Shown: positions 10,311-20,438 of the stretch, piece after piece | How the letters are laid out: every line of letters starts with the position of its first letter | How positions within the stretch are numbered: the stretch's first letter is position 1 | Origin: Spirochaetota bacterium | Lineage (GTDB): Bacteria > Spirochaetota > UBA4802 > UBA5550 | DNA length: 64,000 bases | Direction: 5' to 3' | NCBI GenBank assembly: GCA_963664815.2 | Contig: CAXXHB010000003.1 | Coordinates: forward strand, 2,944,001-3,008,000 | The notes under the pieces: generated by a model | What the model saw: the letters and a program-made list of their open reading frames with translations, nothing else | Told to the model about the DNA's origin: nothing | Databases searched by the model: none | Position numbers and translations under genes: made by a program

Positions 10311-10643
10311 TCAACTATGCCTGTATTTTATAACCCGCATTTTTTCTATGGTTACAAGTCCCTCCTCCACCGTTTCATCAATGAACGGCATAAGCATATT
10401 GATCTTCTCTTCAATATCCACAATTTCAATGATAACAGGGAGATCTTCAGACAACTCCAGTATTTTAGAGGTATGAATTCTACTGTCAGCGCCAAACCCC
10501 ATAAGCCCTCTGGTTACAGTAGCACCGGCAAGATCCAGCTCCCTGGCCTTTAAGACTATCTGCTCGTATAAGGGTTTGCCTTTGTAGCGGTCGCTTTCAC
10601 CAATAAAAATTCTGAGCATAACCGCCTGTTCGGGTAACTTCAT
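10311..10643 (-). CDS. DUF190 PII-like protein (CrcB-associated)
   Basis: LRIFIGESD..GATVTRGLMGFG..LSEDLPVIIEIVD. Confidence 0.92.
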   Translation of the reverse strand: MKLPEQAVMLRIFIGESDRYKGKPLYEQIVLKARELDLAGATVTRGLMGFGADSRIHTSKILELSEDLPVIIEIVDIEEKINMLMPFIDETVEEGLVTIEKMRVIKYRHS

Positions 10644-10648
10644 AAAAT

Positions 10649-11032
10649 CTACCTCAACACCTTAAAAAATAAACGGGATGTTATCATACCCGCGATGACC
10701 ATCAATAAACATAAAATATTGCTTAGAAATATGTTTAAAAAACCTGCTTTAAATTCACCATCCCTTATCAGATTAATTGTTTCGAGAGAATAGGTTGAAA
10801 ATGTGGTATATGCCCCCAGGAATCCGATCAGTAAAAACGATCTTAAATTATCCGGCAACATGAGATTATCAAACAGAAAAAAAAGAAATCCTATTAAAAA
10901 TGAACCGCTTGCATTAATAAAAAGAGTTCCTAACGGGAAAATCGGAGCATAAATGTTATGTATTACTTTTGAAACAATATACCTTGCCACTGCTCCCAAA
11001 CTCCCTCCTATTGCAATATATATCAAATGCAT
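10649..11032 (-). CDS. crcB: Fluoride channel Fluc/CrcB
   Basis: GGSLGAVARY, GTLFIN, GFLGAYTTFSTY. Confidence 0.95.
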   Translation of the reverse strand: MHLIYIAIGGSLGAVARYIVSKVIHNIYAPIFPLGTLFINASGSFLIGFLFFLFDNLMLPDNLRSFLLIGFLGAYTTFSTYSLETINLIRDGEFKAGFLNIFLSNILCLLMVIAGMITSRLFFKVLR

Positions 11033-11086
11033 TCACTTTCCCCTGAAAAAAAAATTAATATGTTCTAATTATACAGTACTTTCACA

Positions 11087-12394
11087 TCAACCATGCAGTG
11101 ATAACCTGTCATTGTCAAGGAAAAGGGTAATTATGAATCCTGCCGCAAGGAGACTCGCTCCGGCAATAAAAGTATATACTGCGGCCACTCCATGCGCATT
11201 ATCCTTCAAGAATGCGACAATCTGCGGTCCTGCAATACCGGCGATTCCCCATGCTGTGAGAATTGCACCATAAATAACAGGCATCAGCCTCACCCCGAAA
11301 ACATCGCTCACATATGATGGCATTGAACCGAACCCTCCGCCATAACACAAAAGAACGTAGCAAACAAGTACGCCGAAGAGAACCGGAGTTTTAACGAAGA
11401 TTAAAACAGTAAAAATAACTACCTGCGTACCAAGTATTAATCTGAATGTCTGGATTCTCCCTATCCTGTCAGAGATACCTCCCCAGAACATTCTCCCGAC
11501 TCCGTTAAATAATGAACTGATACCTATCAGTGTTCCACCGGCAGCCGCAAGGGCAGCAGCATCCATTGATTGATTCTGAATTTTTAACAGATCCTGAATC
11601 ATTGGAGACTGAAAACTGATAAACATTATACCGGCAGTTATGTTTAGAAAAAAAACAATCCACATTTTTATAAATTTAGATGACGCAAGGCAGATTGCTG
11701 CCGTAAGGTTATCCTGATTAACAGTTGCTGAAGCTAATGACATTCCTACAGACGATGAATTCATGTCATACCCTGTCGGACAAAAATCTGCAGGGGGATT
11801 TTCAAGAATAAAACCGGATACCAATATAAGAATCATTGAGGATACACCGTAATATATAAAGAACGGAATAAGATTTCCCCCCGTAATAAGAAGAATCTGC
11901 GGTGCAACTATCTTTGACATAATTAGAGCACCCAGACCAAAACCCATTAGTACCATCCCGGTCACAAGCCCTTTTTTATCCGGAAACCACTTCGATGCAG
12001 TAGCAACCGGAGTTACATATCCCAGGCCCAGGCCACAACCATGAATTACACCATACCCTATATAAAGAAGAGGGAGATTATGAATTGATAAAGCATATGC
12101 GGAAACGATGTGGCCTGTTCCATAAAAGAGACCTCCGGTCATGGCAAGTTTCCGCGGACCATATTTCGGAAGCCAGACTCCGCCTGCTGCTGCGGAAAGC
12201 CCGAGGAACATAATGGCAAGTCCGAAAATCCATGCAACCTGGCTGTTATTCCAGCCATAGGTTGACATTATCGGTTTCTGAAAATAACTCCATGCATACA
12301 CCGAACCCAGAACAACCTGAAGAAAAATCCCGGCAAATGTGATTACCCATCGTTTTACAGAATAATTACTGCTGCTCATAGCTTGAATCTCCAA
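11087..12394 (-). CDS. OFA-family MFS transporter (YhjX/OxlT-like)
   Basis: GSVYAWS, KWFPDKKGLVTG, FNGVGRMFWGGISDRIGR, YGGGFG; about 12 TM. Confidence 0.9.
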   Translation of the reverse strand: MEIQAMSSSNYSVKRWVITFAGIFLQVVLGSVYAWSYFQKPIMSTYGWNNSQVAWIFGLAIMFLGLSAAAGGVWLPKYGPRKLAMTGGLFYGTGHIVSAYALSIHNLPLLYIGYGVIHGCGLGLGYVTPVATASKWFPDKKGLVTGMVLMGFGLGALIMSKIVAPQILLITGGNLIPFFIYYGVSSMILILVSGFILENPPADFCPTGYDMNSSSVGMSLASATVNQDNLTAAICLASSKFIKMWIVFFLNITAGIMFISFQSPMIQDLLKIQNQSMDAAALAAAGGTLIGISSLFNGVGRMFWGGISDRIGRIQTFRLILGTQVVIFTVLIFVKTPVLFGVLVCYVLLCYGGGFGSMPSYVSDVFGVRLMPVIYGAILTAWGIAGIAGPQIVAFLKDNAHGVAAVYTFIAGASLLAAGFIITLFLDNDRLSLHG

Positions 12395-12428
12395 TTTAAA
12401 CTTATTTTATTTAGTTTTTATATTTGAA

Positions 12429-13010
12429 TTAATTACCAGAATTTTTTTCATTAATAAGTCTCACCATTTTCTGATATGCCTCTCCCTCTTCCCTCCATGT
12501 AAAACATGAATTCTTAAGCCCCCGACTCATTATGCCGGATTTGTTTCTGTCTTTAATTTTTGAGAGGTCAGGTTTCTGCTGATAAATATATGCCCAATAT
12601 CCCTGCATTAATGCAGGAGCCATTGTTACAAGAAGGTTTAAAAGATGTGTACACCCTCTGGTACCTCCCGCCGCCTCTCTCACCTTCGCAGTAAAACCTC
12701 CGGTTACCGGCATCCCTATTATCGGATTAAGACTCTTTGCTATAAGAAGGCAATCCTCTCGTGGAACAGTTTCAATAACGACCTCAAGATCTTCTATTAT
12801 CATTTCAGGAATTTTTACAAGAAGAATCAGCCGTAAATCATGAAGAGTTCCCGCATCTACCCTCTCCCCGGTAAATTTATAGTAATCTTTAAGTCTTACA
12901 TCCGTAAGCCTTCCCTCGGTAATAATATGACCACCTTCTGCGGGGTAAGTGGATATTTCGATTTTTCTGTTATGCGCCGGCTCTCCCGCCATTTTAAGAA
13001 GTCTGCTCAT
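12429..13010 (-). CDS. DUF2889 domain protein
   Basis: HNRKI, GFTAKVRE..GGTRGCTHL, LKNSCFTW pattern. Confidence 0.75.
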   Translation of the reverse strand: MSRLLKMAGEPAHNRKIEISTYPAEGGHIITEGRLTDVRLKDYYKFTGERVDAGTLHDLRLILLVKIPEMIIEDLEVVIETVPREDCLLIAKSLNPIIGMPVTGGFTAKVREAAGGTRGCTHLLNLLVTMAPALMQGYWAYIYQQKPDLSKIKDRNKSGIMSRGLKNSCFTWREEGEAYQKMVRLINEKNSGN

Positions 13011-13173
13011 ATTTACTCAACCCCCATTATCACTGTATCTATATATAACCGGCGGATAGATAATAATATTATCTGCCGATATACATCTTCAACCAAAATC
13101 CGGAAGCCGGATATTACAAAATAAAGATTATTATAAGAGTTAATATAACCAGGCCTTAACTTTTTGATTTGCA

Positions 13174-14124
13174 CTATAATAAAAACTTCAAAGGCCTGTA
13201 CTTTATTTCATGAAGATTTTCCCTGATCATAATTCTCTCCCCCCCGGAATTGATGTATTCAGCTGAGAAATTATCCGATAAGGATGCGCCAGTATTCAAT
13301 GTTATTATACCGTAATCAATCAACGATCGTAAATATGTCCGGATTATACCGAAACTCATTTTCTGAATATTGATGTCGTTGTGATGCTCATGATCGTAAA
13401 GTCCCAGGTTTACATCAGCAAGAATATAATCTCCGCTTACAGCATCAATAAGTATCCCTGTTTCAACTCCATACATCTGCCAGAACGATACAGAGTTAAA
13501 GAAGCTCAGAGTTCCGGCGCACTCCCCTGACAACGGATAAGAAAACTCGGCAAGTGAGTCAAGAGAAGGATGATTTATCGATGAAAACATAGGCTGCGCC
13601 ACATACTTCTTAACCCTCCCCATCTCCCGCCAGAATCCCCCCTTTGCATAATCAGCACCCTTCATTACAGCTCCGGCAAGTCCTGTAACAAAATGTGCCC
13701 CGAAATATTCCGGGATAACATCTGCATCAAGAAAAACAACAACTACATCTCCTGGAGTAACCCCGCAGAGATACTCCATATTTAATCTGAATAAAGTTCT
13801 CCTCATATCAGCCCCTTTTCCCTTCTCTGAGCCCATATCAGGAACGGAAGCAATATTGGAAACCATTATATCTACATCATCATATACTGATGAAATTCCG
13901 GATTCGGTTTTATCCGTTTCACACCCTGTACGCCGGTGATTAATAATTATTCTATCTATAATTACTCCGGTATTTTTTTTTAATAGTCCGACCTTTTCGA
14001 TAACAAGATCAGCCTCCCGCTCCCCGAATGTAGAGAAAACGACATATATTTTTTTGTTGCCCTTCAATTCAGTAATTTTGTCAATAGTGAAGTCTGAGTG
14101 GTTATATTTATATATTTGTTTCAT
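13174..14124 (-). CDS. gpgS: Glucosyl-3-phosphoglycerate synthase-like GT-A enzyme (GT81)
   Basis: GKGADM, FLDAD, GRV, YPLSGE, YGVETGILID, HEH motifs. Confidence 0.75.
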   Translation of the reverse strand: MKQIYKYNHSDFTIDKITELKGNKKIYVVFSTFGEREADLVIEKVGLLKKNTGVIIDRIIINHRRTGCETDKTESGISSVYDDVDIMVSNIASVPDMGSEKGKGADMRRTLFRLNMEYLCGVTPGDVVVVFLDADVIPEYFGAHFVTGLAGAVMKGADYAKGGFWREMGRVKKYVAQPMFSSINHPSLDSLAEFSYPLSGECAGTLSFFNSVSFWQMYGVETGILIDAVSGDYILADVNLGLYDHEHHNDINIQKMSFGIIRTYLRSLIDYGIITLNTGASLSDNFSAEYINSGGERIMIRENLHEIKYRPLKFLL

Positions 14125-14268
14125 CGAAGATGCTTCCTTTAATTTCTACATTTTATGTACTGTTATTTTCCGGGATTTATAGCGTAAATTTATCGTGAAG
14201 ATAGTAAAACTTATCCTGATCATTCTGTTATCCACAAAGACTGAACGATTCTAACCGCCAATGGAAAT

Positions 14269-15219
14269 TTAATCCGGCAGTTTTTTTTTCTCTCTCTTCA
14301 GTACAATCATAGAAACTCCTATTGACAGAGTCAGGGTTGCAAAAATTACCATCAATGAAACGGAAACCGGTATTTTATAAAAATGTTCTATCAGCATTTT
14401 TATACCGACAAAAAACAGTATAAACGCAACACCATGTTTGAGATATGTAAAATATTTCAGCATACCAGAAAGAACAAAGTACAGCGCTCTGAGCCCCAGT
14501 ATCGCCATTATATTTGAAGTAATTACTATGAATGAATCCTGCGTAATGGCAAGTACTGCCGGAATTGAATCCACCGCAAATATAATGTCTGATGTTTCAA
14601 TAATAATAAGTGTTATAAAAAGTGGAGTCAAAGCTCTGGATCCGTTTATTTTTGTAAAAAATTTTTTTCCTTTATAAGCTGTATCAATTTTAAAATGCCC
14701 GCTGAGAAACTTTATAATACGGCTTTTTTCAAGATCTATTGACTCTTCCTCATCAGAGAAGGCATCCATCATCATCTTAAATGCCGCATAGAGAAGAATT
14801 AATCCGAATATATATATAGTAGCTTCAAAATGTTGTATAAGACTGACTCCAAGGAAAATAAAGAATATTCTGAAAACAATAGCCCCGAGAATTCCCCACT
14901 TCAGAATATGAGGCTGGTTAATCCTTTTTATGTTCATCGCCTGAAAAATCATTATAAAAACAAACAGATTGTCTACAGAGAGAGACTTTTCTATGAGATA
15001 ACAGGCCAGAAATTCCATTGCCTTTTCATGACCATTATCATAAAATAAATATAATGAAGCATTAAATGAAAGAGCCACACCAATCCATATCAGGCTCCAG
15101 ATAGCACTGCTCTTCAGTGTTTTTTCATGATCTTCATGATCTGAAATATAGAGATCTATGTATAGCATTGCGCTGATCAGAACAACAAAGATAATCCAGT
15201 ATAAAAAATGTACGCTCAA
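14269..15219 (-). CDS. TerC/Alx family membrane protein
   Basis: YLIEKSLSVDNLFVF, DIIFAVDSIPAV, SNIMAILGLRALYF. Confidence 0.95.
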   Translation of the reverse strand: MSVHFLYWIIFVVLISAMLYIDLYISDHEDHEKTLKSSAIWSLIWIGVALSFNASLYLFYDNGHEKAMEFLACYLIEKSLSVDNLFVFIMIFQAMNIKRINQPHILKWGILGAIVFRIFFIFLGVSLIQHFEATIYIFGLILLYAAFKMMMDAFSDEEESIDLEKSRIIKFLSGHFKIDTAYKGKKFFTKINGSRALTPLFITLIIIETSDIIFAVDSIPAVLAITQDSFIVITSNIMAILGLRALYFVLSGMLKYFTYLKHGVAFILFFVGIKMLIEHFYKIPVSVSLMVIFATLTLSIGVSMIVLKREKKKLPD

Positions 15220-15507
15220 GAATAATCTCCTCTAAATTATATTTTTTTTATATCATCAGAATAAGAACAATCAAAATATAGTTAATAATTATTTATGTTT
15301 ATATAACAGCATTTATGTTACACTTTCAAGTTATATAAAAACTTAATTATTAACTATACAAAATATATTTAAGGTCACTAAATTACAATTCAATTTTATT
15401 GAGAACAATTCCAATAATAATCCCATAACATATATTTTAGTTTAAAATAAACGATTATATCTATCCGCCGCCAAAAATGGCGTAAATAATAGAGCAATTC
15501 AGGTTAT

Positions 15508-15534
15508 AAAAAAACCGCCCTTTAAAGGGCGGTT
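15508..15534 (-). terminator. Intrinsic terminator after the aldehyde dehydrogenase
   Basis: Perfect palindrome aaccgccctttaaagggcggtt plus T-tract on the minus strand. Confidence 0.85.
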
Positions 15535-15568
15535 AAAAATATATTTTAAGTCAGAATAACCTTCACTT

Positions 15569-16969
15569 TTATTTGAGAACTGATTTAATCACCCTTGCTG
15601 CAAACTTAGTATATGGCGCATACATCAACGGATTATCAAAGAAGTTTACATTATGATAAACGCTCTTGTAATGAGTAAATGTATCAAAGCTCCCCTTGCC
15701 GTGATATGAGCCCATGCCGCTCAAGCCCACTCCACCAAATGGAATATGACCGTTTGCAAAATGCTTCAATGTGTCGTTCACACACCCACCGCCGTATGAA
15801 GTTTCACCAATGACCCTCTTTTTGGTCTTTCCGCTCTTTGTAAAAAGATAAAGCGCCAGCGGTTTTGGTCTTGCATTAATAAAGTTTATCGCATCATCAA
15901 GTGATGATATCGAGATAACCGGCAGCACAGGTCCGAATATCTCCTCCTGCATAATAGGGTCTTTAGGTGTAATCCCGTCAATGACTGTCGGAGCAATATA
16001 CCTTGTTTTGGGATCGACCTCTCCACCTATGACGATTTTACCCTTATGAAGTAATCTTTCCACTCTTGCCCAGTGTCTGTCTGATATTATCCGCGCAAAA
16101 TCAGGACTAGACTTCGGATTTTCTCCAAAGAATTTTTTTATCTCTTTTTGTAAAGCTTCAAAAAAAGGTTTTTTCGCGTTCTCGGAAATCAGAAGATAAT
16201 CGGGTGCAACGCATGTCTGTCCACAGTTAAAGAATTTACCCCAGGCAAGTCGTCGTGCCGCGATTGTAAAGTCCGCATCATCCATAACTATACATGGACT
16301 CTTTCCGCCAAGTTCCAGGGTAAGAGGCGTAAGGTGTACAGCAGCCTTCTGCATCACCATTTTACCCACATCAGCGCCACCGGTAAAGAATATGTAATCA
16401 TACTGCAGATCAAGCATAAAATTCTTTACCTCCTCCTCCTGAAATACCGCAACCCATTCCGTGGGGAAAACACCGGTAAGAATTTTATAAAGTACCTTTG
16501 AAGTCATGGGAGATGCTGATGAAGGTTTCAGAAACACCGTATTTCCGGCAGAAATTGCACCTATGACCGGAGCCAGCGCGAGGTTAAAAGGATAATTCCA
16601 TGGAGAGATAACCAATACCGTCCCATAAGGCTCCGCGTAAATTCTTGATCTCCCGGGAAGATGGCTTAACGGTGTTTTTCCGCACTTTATCCCCGCCCAG
16701 GACTTAAGATTGCTGATTGTATGTCCAAGTTCAACAAGGACAGTACCGATCTCTGACATGTAGGTTTCGAATGGAGGTTTACCAAAATCGGCTGACAGTG
16801 CATCATAGATATCATCTTCGTGATCCTTTATGGACTGCTTCAGTTTTTTTAAATGCTGTATCCTGTTTTTCACATCCCTTGTTTTGCCTGCTGCAAAAAA
16901 TTCCCTCTGCTTTTTCATAATTTCGTCAAGATCTGATCTTGTTACTTTAAGATCTGTTTTCTTTGCCAT
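15569..16969 (-). CDS. Aldehyde dehydrogenase, ALDH3 (YwdH/CalB-like)
   Basis: PWNYP, FTGG, LELGGKSP, NCGQTCVAPDY, EEIFGP; start moved to ATG 16969, which has a GGGGG RBS. Confidence 0.93.
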   Translation of the reverse strand: MAKKTDLKVTRSDLDEIMKKQREFFAAGKTRDVKNRIQHLKKLKQSIKDHEDDIYDALSADFGKPPFETYMSEIGTVLVELGHTISNLKSWAGIKCGKTPLSHLPGRSRIYAEPYGTVLVISPWNYPFNLALAPVIGAISAGNTVFLKPSSASPMTSKVLYKILTGVFPTEWVAVFQEEEVKNFMLDLQYDYIFFTGGADVGKMVMQKAAVHLTPLTLELGGKSPCIVMDDADFTIAARRLAWGKFFNCGQTCVAPDYLLISENAKKPFFEALQKEIKKFFGENPKSSPDFARIISDRHWARVERLLHKGKIVIGGEVDPKTRYIAPTVIDGITPKDPIMQEEIFGPVLPVISISSLDDAINFINARPKPLALYLFTKSGKTKKRVIGETSYGGGCVNDTLKHFANGHIPFGGVGLSGMGSYHGKGSFDTFTHYKSVYHNVNFFDNPLMYAPYTKFAARVIKSVLK

Positions 16970-17321
16970 ATGAAAAGTACCCCCTTGTAATATGCAATAT
17001 ACCTGACATACATTATAAGGAAAATCGCCTGAATTTATAATTCCGGACAGAAAAAAGATGACTATTTTGAATTGTTTCACATTACGTTAGAAAGTGGCAG
17101 AAATTTCAGTTTCGTGATTTACTCTGAAGCAACAATTCCCGCAGAGGATAACATCACCTGGGTGCATAAAATTAACATGTCAGAATATAAATTTATTCTG
17201 ATAATTATACCTGCCAGATCAAAAAATAATATGCCTGAATTGAAATAATAAAACAGGATATGATTTTTTAATAACCGGCTTTATCAGTATTGGATCTATT
17301 AAATCAATAATGAAGTTAAAT

Positions 17322-17356
17322 AAAAAAAGGTGTCCCTTTTAAAGAACACCTTTTTT
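17322..17356. terminator. Bidirectional-type terminator after the hydrogenase operon
   Basis: aaaaaaggtgt...acacctttttt. Confidence 0.8.
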
Positions 17357-17376
17357 ATTATCAGTCAATATTATAA

Positions 17377-18942
17377 TCAGCAGACTCTGAATTTACCGAT
17401 TTCTTTGTCACCTTCAACAACATGAATAGCACATGACAAACATGGGTCAAATGATCTTACAACCCTTGCTGCCTCAATCGGATTCATATTATCAGCAACA
17501 GGTGTTCCGATGAGAGCCTGTTCAACAGGACCTCTTCCACCCTTATCATCTCTGGGTGAACAGAACCATGTTGTCGGAACGATAGCCTGATAATTTTCAA
17601 TCTTTCTGTCTTTGACAACTATCCAGTGACCAAGAGCTCCACGTGCAGCTTCAATGAGACCCTCACCTTCTCCTGTATCAGGAATAGTGTATGAATTTCT
17701 CGGACTTGCACCCGGCTCAAGATCCTCTATCCAGTTTAACATCTCACCACCGATAATCTTGGACTCAATCGCTCTAGATGCATGTCTTCCAAGAACAGAA
17801 AATGCAGCGGGAACTTCTGAATTAAATATTTTAAGTACTCCATCAAGTTCCTTTTTAACCTGTTTATTCCCTGATTGATAAGCAATCACCATCCTGGCAA
17901 GAGCGCCTACTTCCATAGGTCTGTCATCATATCTTGGCGCTTTAACCCAGGTATATGCACCGTTCTTATTGGGATCAGCGATAGTTTCACCTTTCAGCGG
18001 ATGGAGATTTGAACCTGATTTATATCTCGCATATTTAACCTGCTCCCTGATCTTTGAAGTATCAAGTTTTTCGAGTTTTCCGTCAAATATTCCCTGCTCA
18101 AACATAAAATTTTTACGGTCTTCATCTTTGTCATAAACTCCGTATGACATAAATTTGTCATATTTTCCAAGCTTGAAATAATCGGGGAAAGCTTTTGCAA
18201 CAGCAACAACATGAGGAGTATATGTTTCAGCAACAAACGCATTAACTTCTTTAAGGAGTTTTTTAAACTCTTTTATGTTACTTCTGGTAGGTACTGTTGT
18301 TATACCGCCTGGAACAAGAGCTATCGGATGGGGAGCTCTTCCACCAAAAAGAGCAACCATCTGGTGAGCCTTCTGTCTTATATCAAGAGCTTTCACATAT
18401 CCCGCGATAGCATCAAGATTGGTGGCTGTATCTTTTATATAAAAATCTTTCCCTTCATATCTTGGAAGAAACGGTCCGCCCGCAGTTATCTCGTCTTTTC
18501 TCCCTTTTTTAACTGACAGTTCATTTTTTACCCAGTCTCTTATTCTGACCATTCCGTCATCTGAACCTTTATACTGCAGAACCGCTGTAATATCAACAAA
18601 ATCAAGAGCCGCAAGATGATAAAAATGAAGAATATGTGACTGAAGTGTATTTGCTCCTAAAATCATATTACGTAAAATACGTCCGTTTTTTGTCGGTTTA
18701 ATTTTAAATGCATCATCAAGAGCTCTGCTTGAAGCTTCTCCGTGAGATACCGGACAAACACCGCAGATCCTCATAACTATCTGATTAGCATCTACAGGAT
18801 TTCTTCCCTGGAGTATAGTCTCATACCCGCGGAACATATCTCCACGACATTTAGCGTCAACAACCTTGCCGTTCTGAACATCCATCTCTATCGATAGATG
18901 GCCCTCTATCCTTGTTAGTGGATCTATATATACCTTAGCCAT
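17377..18942 (-). CDS. [NiFe] hydrogenase large subunit (group 1, HysA-like, Cys not Sec)
   Basis: DPLTRIEGH, L1 RICGVCP, L2 DPCLSCAIH (TGT codons), 14-aa cleavable C-terminal extension. Confidence 0.95.
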   Translation of the reverse strand: MAKVYIDPLTRIEGHLSIEMDVQNGKVVDAKCRGDMFRGYETILQGRNPVDANQIVMRICGVCPVSHGEASSRALDDAFKIKPTKNGRILRNMILGANTLQSHILHFYHLAALDFVDITAVLQYKGSDDGMVRIRDWVKNELSVKKGRKDEITAGGPFLPRYEGKDFYIKDTATNLDAIAGYVKALDIRQKAHQMVALFGGRAPHPIALVPGGITTVPTRSNIKEFKKLLKEVNAFVAETYTPHVVAVAKAFPDYFKLGKYDKFMSYGVYDKDEDRKNFMFEQGIFDGKLEKLDTSKIREQVKYARYKSGSNLHPLKGETIADPNKNGAYTWVKAPRYDDRPMEVGALARMVIAYQSGNKQVKKELDGVLKIFNSEVPAAFSVLGRHASRAIESKIIGGEMLNWIEDLEPGASPRNSYTIPDTGEGEGLIEAARGALGHWIVVKDRKIENYQAIVPTTWFCSPRDDKGGRGPVEQALIGTPVADNMNPIEAARVVRSFDPCLSCAIHVVEGDKEIGKFRVC

Positions 18943-19933
18943 TGATTATACCTCCCTTCACAACTCTGCCCGCAATCCCGGCAACTGTTGTTTTATCATC
19001 ATCTTTTTTTGCATGCAGATTCTGATAAATACCTCTTTTGCCATAATCGGGAAAAACCTTTTCCGTACATCCAATACATCCGGAACCGCATTCCGTACAG
19101 GAATTTGCTCCGTTATTCCATTTTCTCACAGGAATATCACATCCTGAATCCATACCCAGACATCCGAGATTGTAAAGACAACCTTCTGCTTCTCCCCACT
19201 CTTTTGCAAATATTCCACGTTTGTAAAAATTAAGCCTTTCACACTGGTCATGAACTGTTTTGCCATAGAACATTTTAGGTCTGTTATACTCATCAAGAGC
19301 GGGCATTCCTTTAAGCAGTACATGAAGGAGTGTACCAACTATCCAATCCGGATGAGGCGGGCATCCCGGAATATTTAAAACAACTTTATCTTTAAGTATC
19401 TCCTGTGCAGATACGGCACCGGTCTGGTTATCCCCGAATACAGGGCTTTTCCCTGCAGGTATTCCGCCATATGACGAACATGTTCCGACTGAAACAACTG
19501 CCATAGCGTTTTTCCCGAGTTCTTCAATCCATTTTTTTATACTGACAGTTTTACCATCCATTTCACCTTCCGTACAGTAAATGTCATTTTTTGTCGGTAT
19601 TGAGCCTTCAACTATAAGAACAAAATCCTTTCTCTGCTTCTTTATTGCTTCTTCAAGAACCTTTATTGAAACTGATCCGGTTCCTGCCATAATTACTCCC
19701 ATATAATTAATACTGATATGCTCTGTTATTACAGACACTATATCAGGATTAAGCTTATTTAGAAGAGAAACCGAGCAACCCGAACATGACTGGGCTTCAA
19801 TCCAGATAACATTAGTTCTTGCAGAAGCCTGTTCCAGCGCTTTCTTACATCCTTGAATCATAACACCCGGAAAAGCAAGGGCAGCAGTAGTCCCACCCAT
19901 AATTTTCAGGAATTCTCGCCTGTTCAATGCCAT
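18935..19933 (-). CDS. [NiFe] hydrogenase small subunit with Tat signal
   Basis: NRREFLK; CSGC, GTCSSYGG, GCPPHP; distal and medial Cys motifs; start ATG 19933 with GGAGG. Confidence 0.95.
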   Translation of the reverse strand: MALNRREFLKIMGGTTAALAFPGVMIQGCKKALEQASARTNVIWIEAQSCSGCSVSLLNKLNPDIVSVITEHISINYMGVIMAGTGSVSIKVLEEAIKKQRKDFVLIVEGSIPTKNDIYCTEGEMDGKTVSIKKWIEELGKNAMAVVSVGTCSSYGGIPAGKSPVFGDNQTGAVSAQEILKDKVVLNIPGCPPHPDWIVGTLLHVLLKGMPALDEYNRPKMFYGKTVHDQCERLNFYKRGIFAKEWGEAEGCLYNLGCLGMDSGCDIPVRKWNNGANSCTECGSGCIGCTEKVFPDYGKRGIYQNLHAKKDDDKTTVAGIAGRVVKGGIING

Positions 19934-19949
19934 AAAATCCTCCATCAAA

Positions 19950-20423
19950 TTATTTAACTGCAGCGTTTAAAATATATTCTACAGCTTTTGGTATTGATTG
20001 TTTTACAGAATCACTTATGCCTATTTCCAATGACTGAATGTCCTCAGGTACGACACCGATAATTTCAATTTCCGGTTTCTCACCTGTCAACGAAAGCATA
20101 TCAATGATTTTTTTAACACCCATTTCATGAAGAGAAAACTTATTATTTGTATCGGTCAGATGTTTTGCCGGAAACCTGTATATACTCCCCGGTTTATCAC
20201 CGACTTTCAGTGCATCAACAATTATAATTTTTTCCCTTCCTGACATCAATGGCAGAAGGTCATACCCCAAAGTTCCGCCATCAGCAACCTCAACATATTT
20301 CGGAAGATCTTTGATAGATGCGGTAATTTCATTAACGATAGAAACACCCAAACCATCATCTTTGTGAAGAATATTTCCGATCCCCAGAATAAGTACCTTT
20401 TTTTTTGTTTTAATGCCTTTCAT
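19950..20423 (-). CDS. Hydrogenase maturation protease (HyaD/HybD family)
   Basis: GIGNIL.KDDGLG, DGGT, IVDA, SLHE. Confidence 0.93.
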   Translation of the reverse strand: MKGIKTKKKVLILGIGNILHKDDGLGVSIVNEITASIKDLPKYVEVADGGTLGYDLLPLMSGREKIIIVDALKVGDKPGSIYRFPAKHLTDTNNKFSLHEMGVKKIIDMLSLTGEKPEIEIIGVVPEDIQSLEIGISDSVKQSIPKAVEYILNAAVK

Positions 20424-20438
20424 TAGAGCTAATCCAGA

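Noticed and set aside
11033-11086. Fluoride riboswitch upstream of crcB
   Set aside because: Gap is only 54 bp, AT-rich, with no recognisable aptamer
15220-15507. yybP-ykoY Mn riboswitch upstream of terC
   Set aside because: No recognisable conserved core or stems by eye; an Infernal scan would be needed to exclude it fully
17425-17450. Selenocysteine recoding in the hydrogenase large subunit
   Set aside because: Both L2 cysteines are TGT; no in-frame TGA
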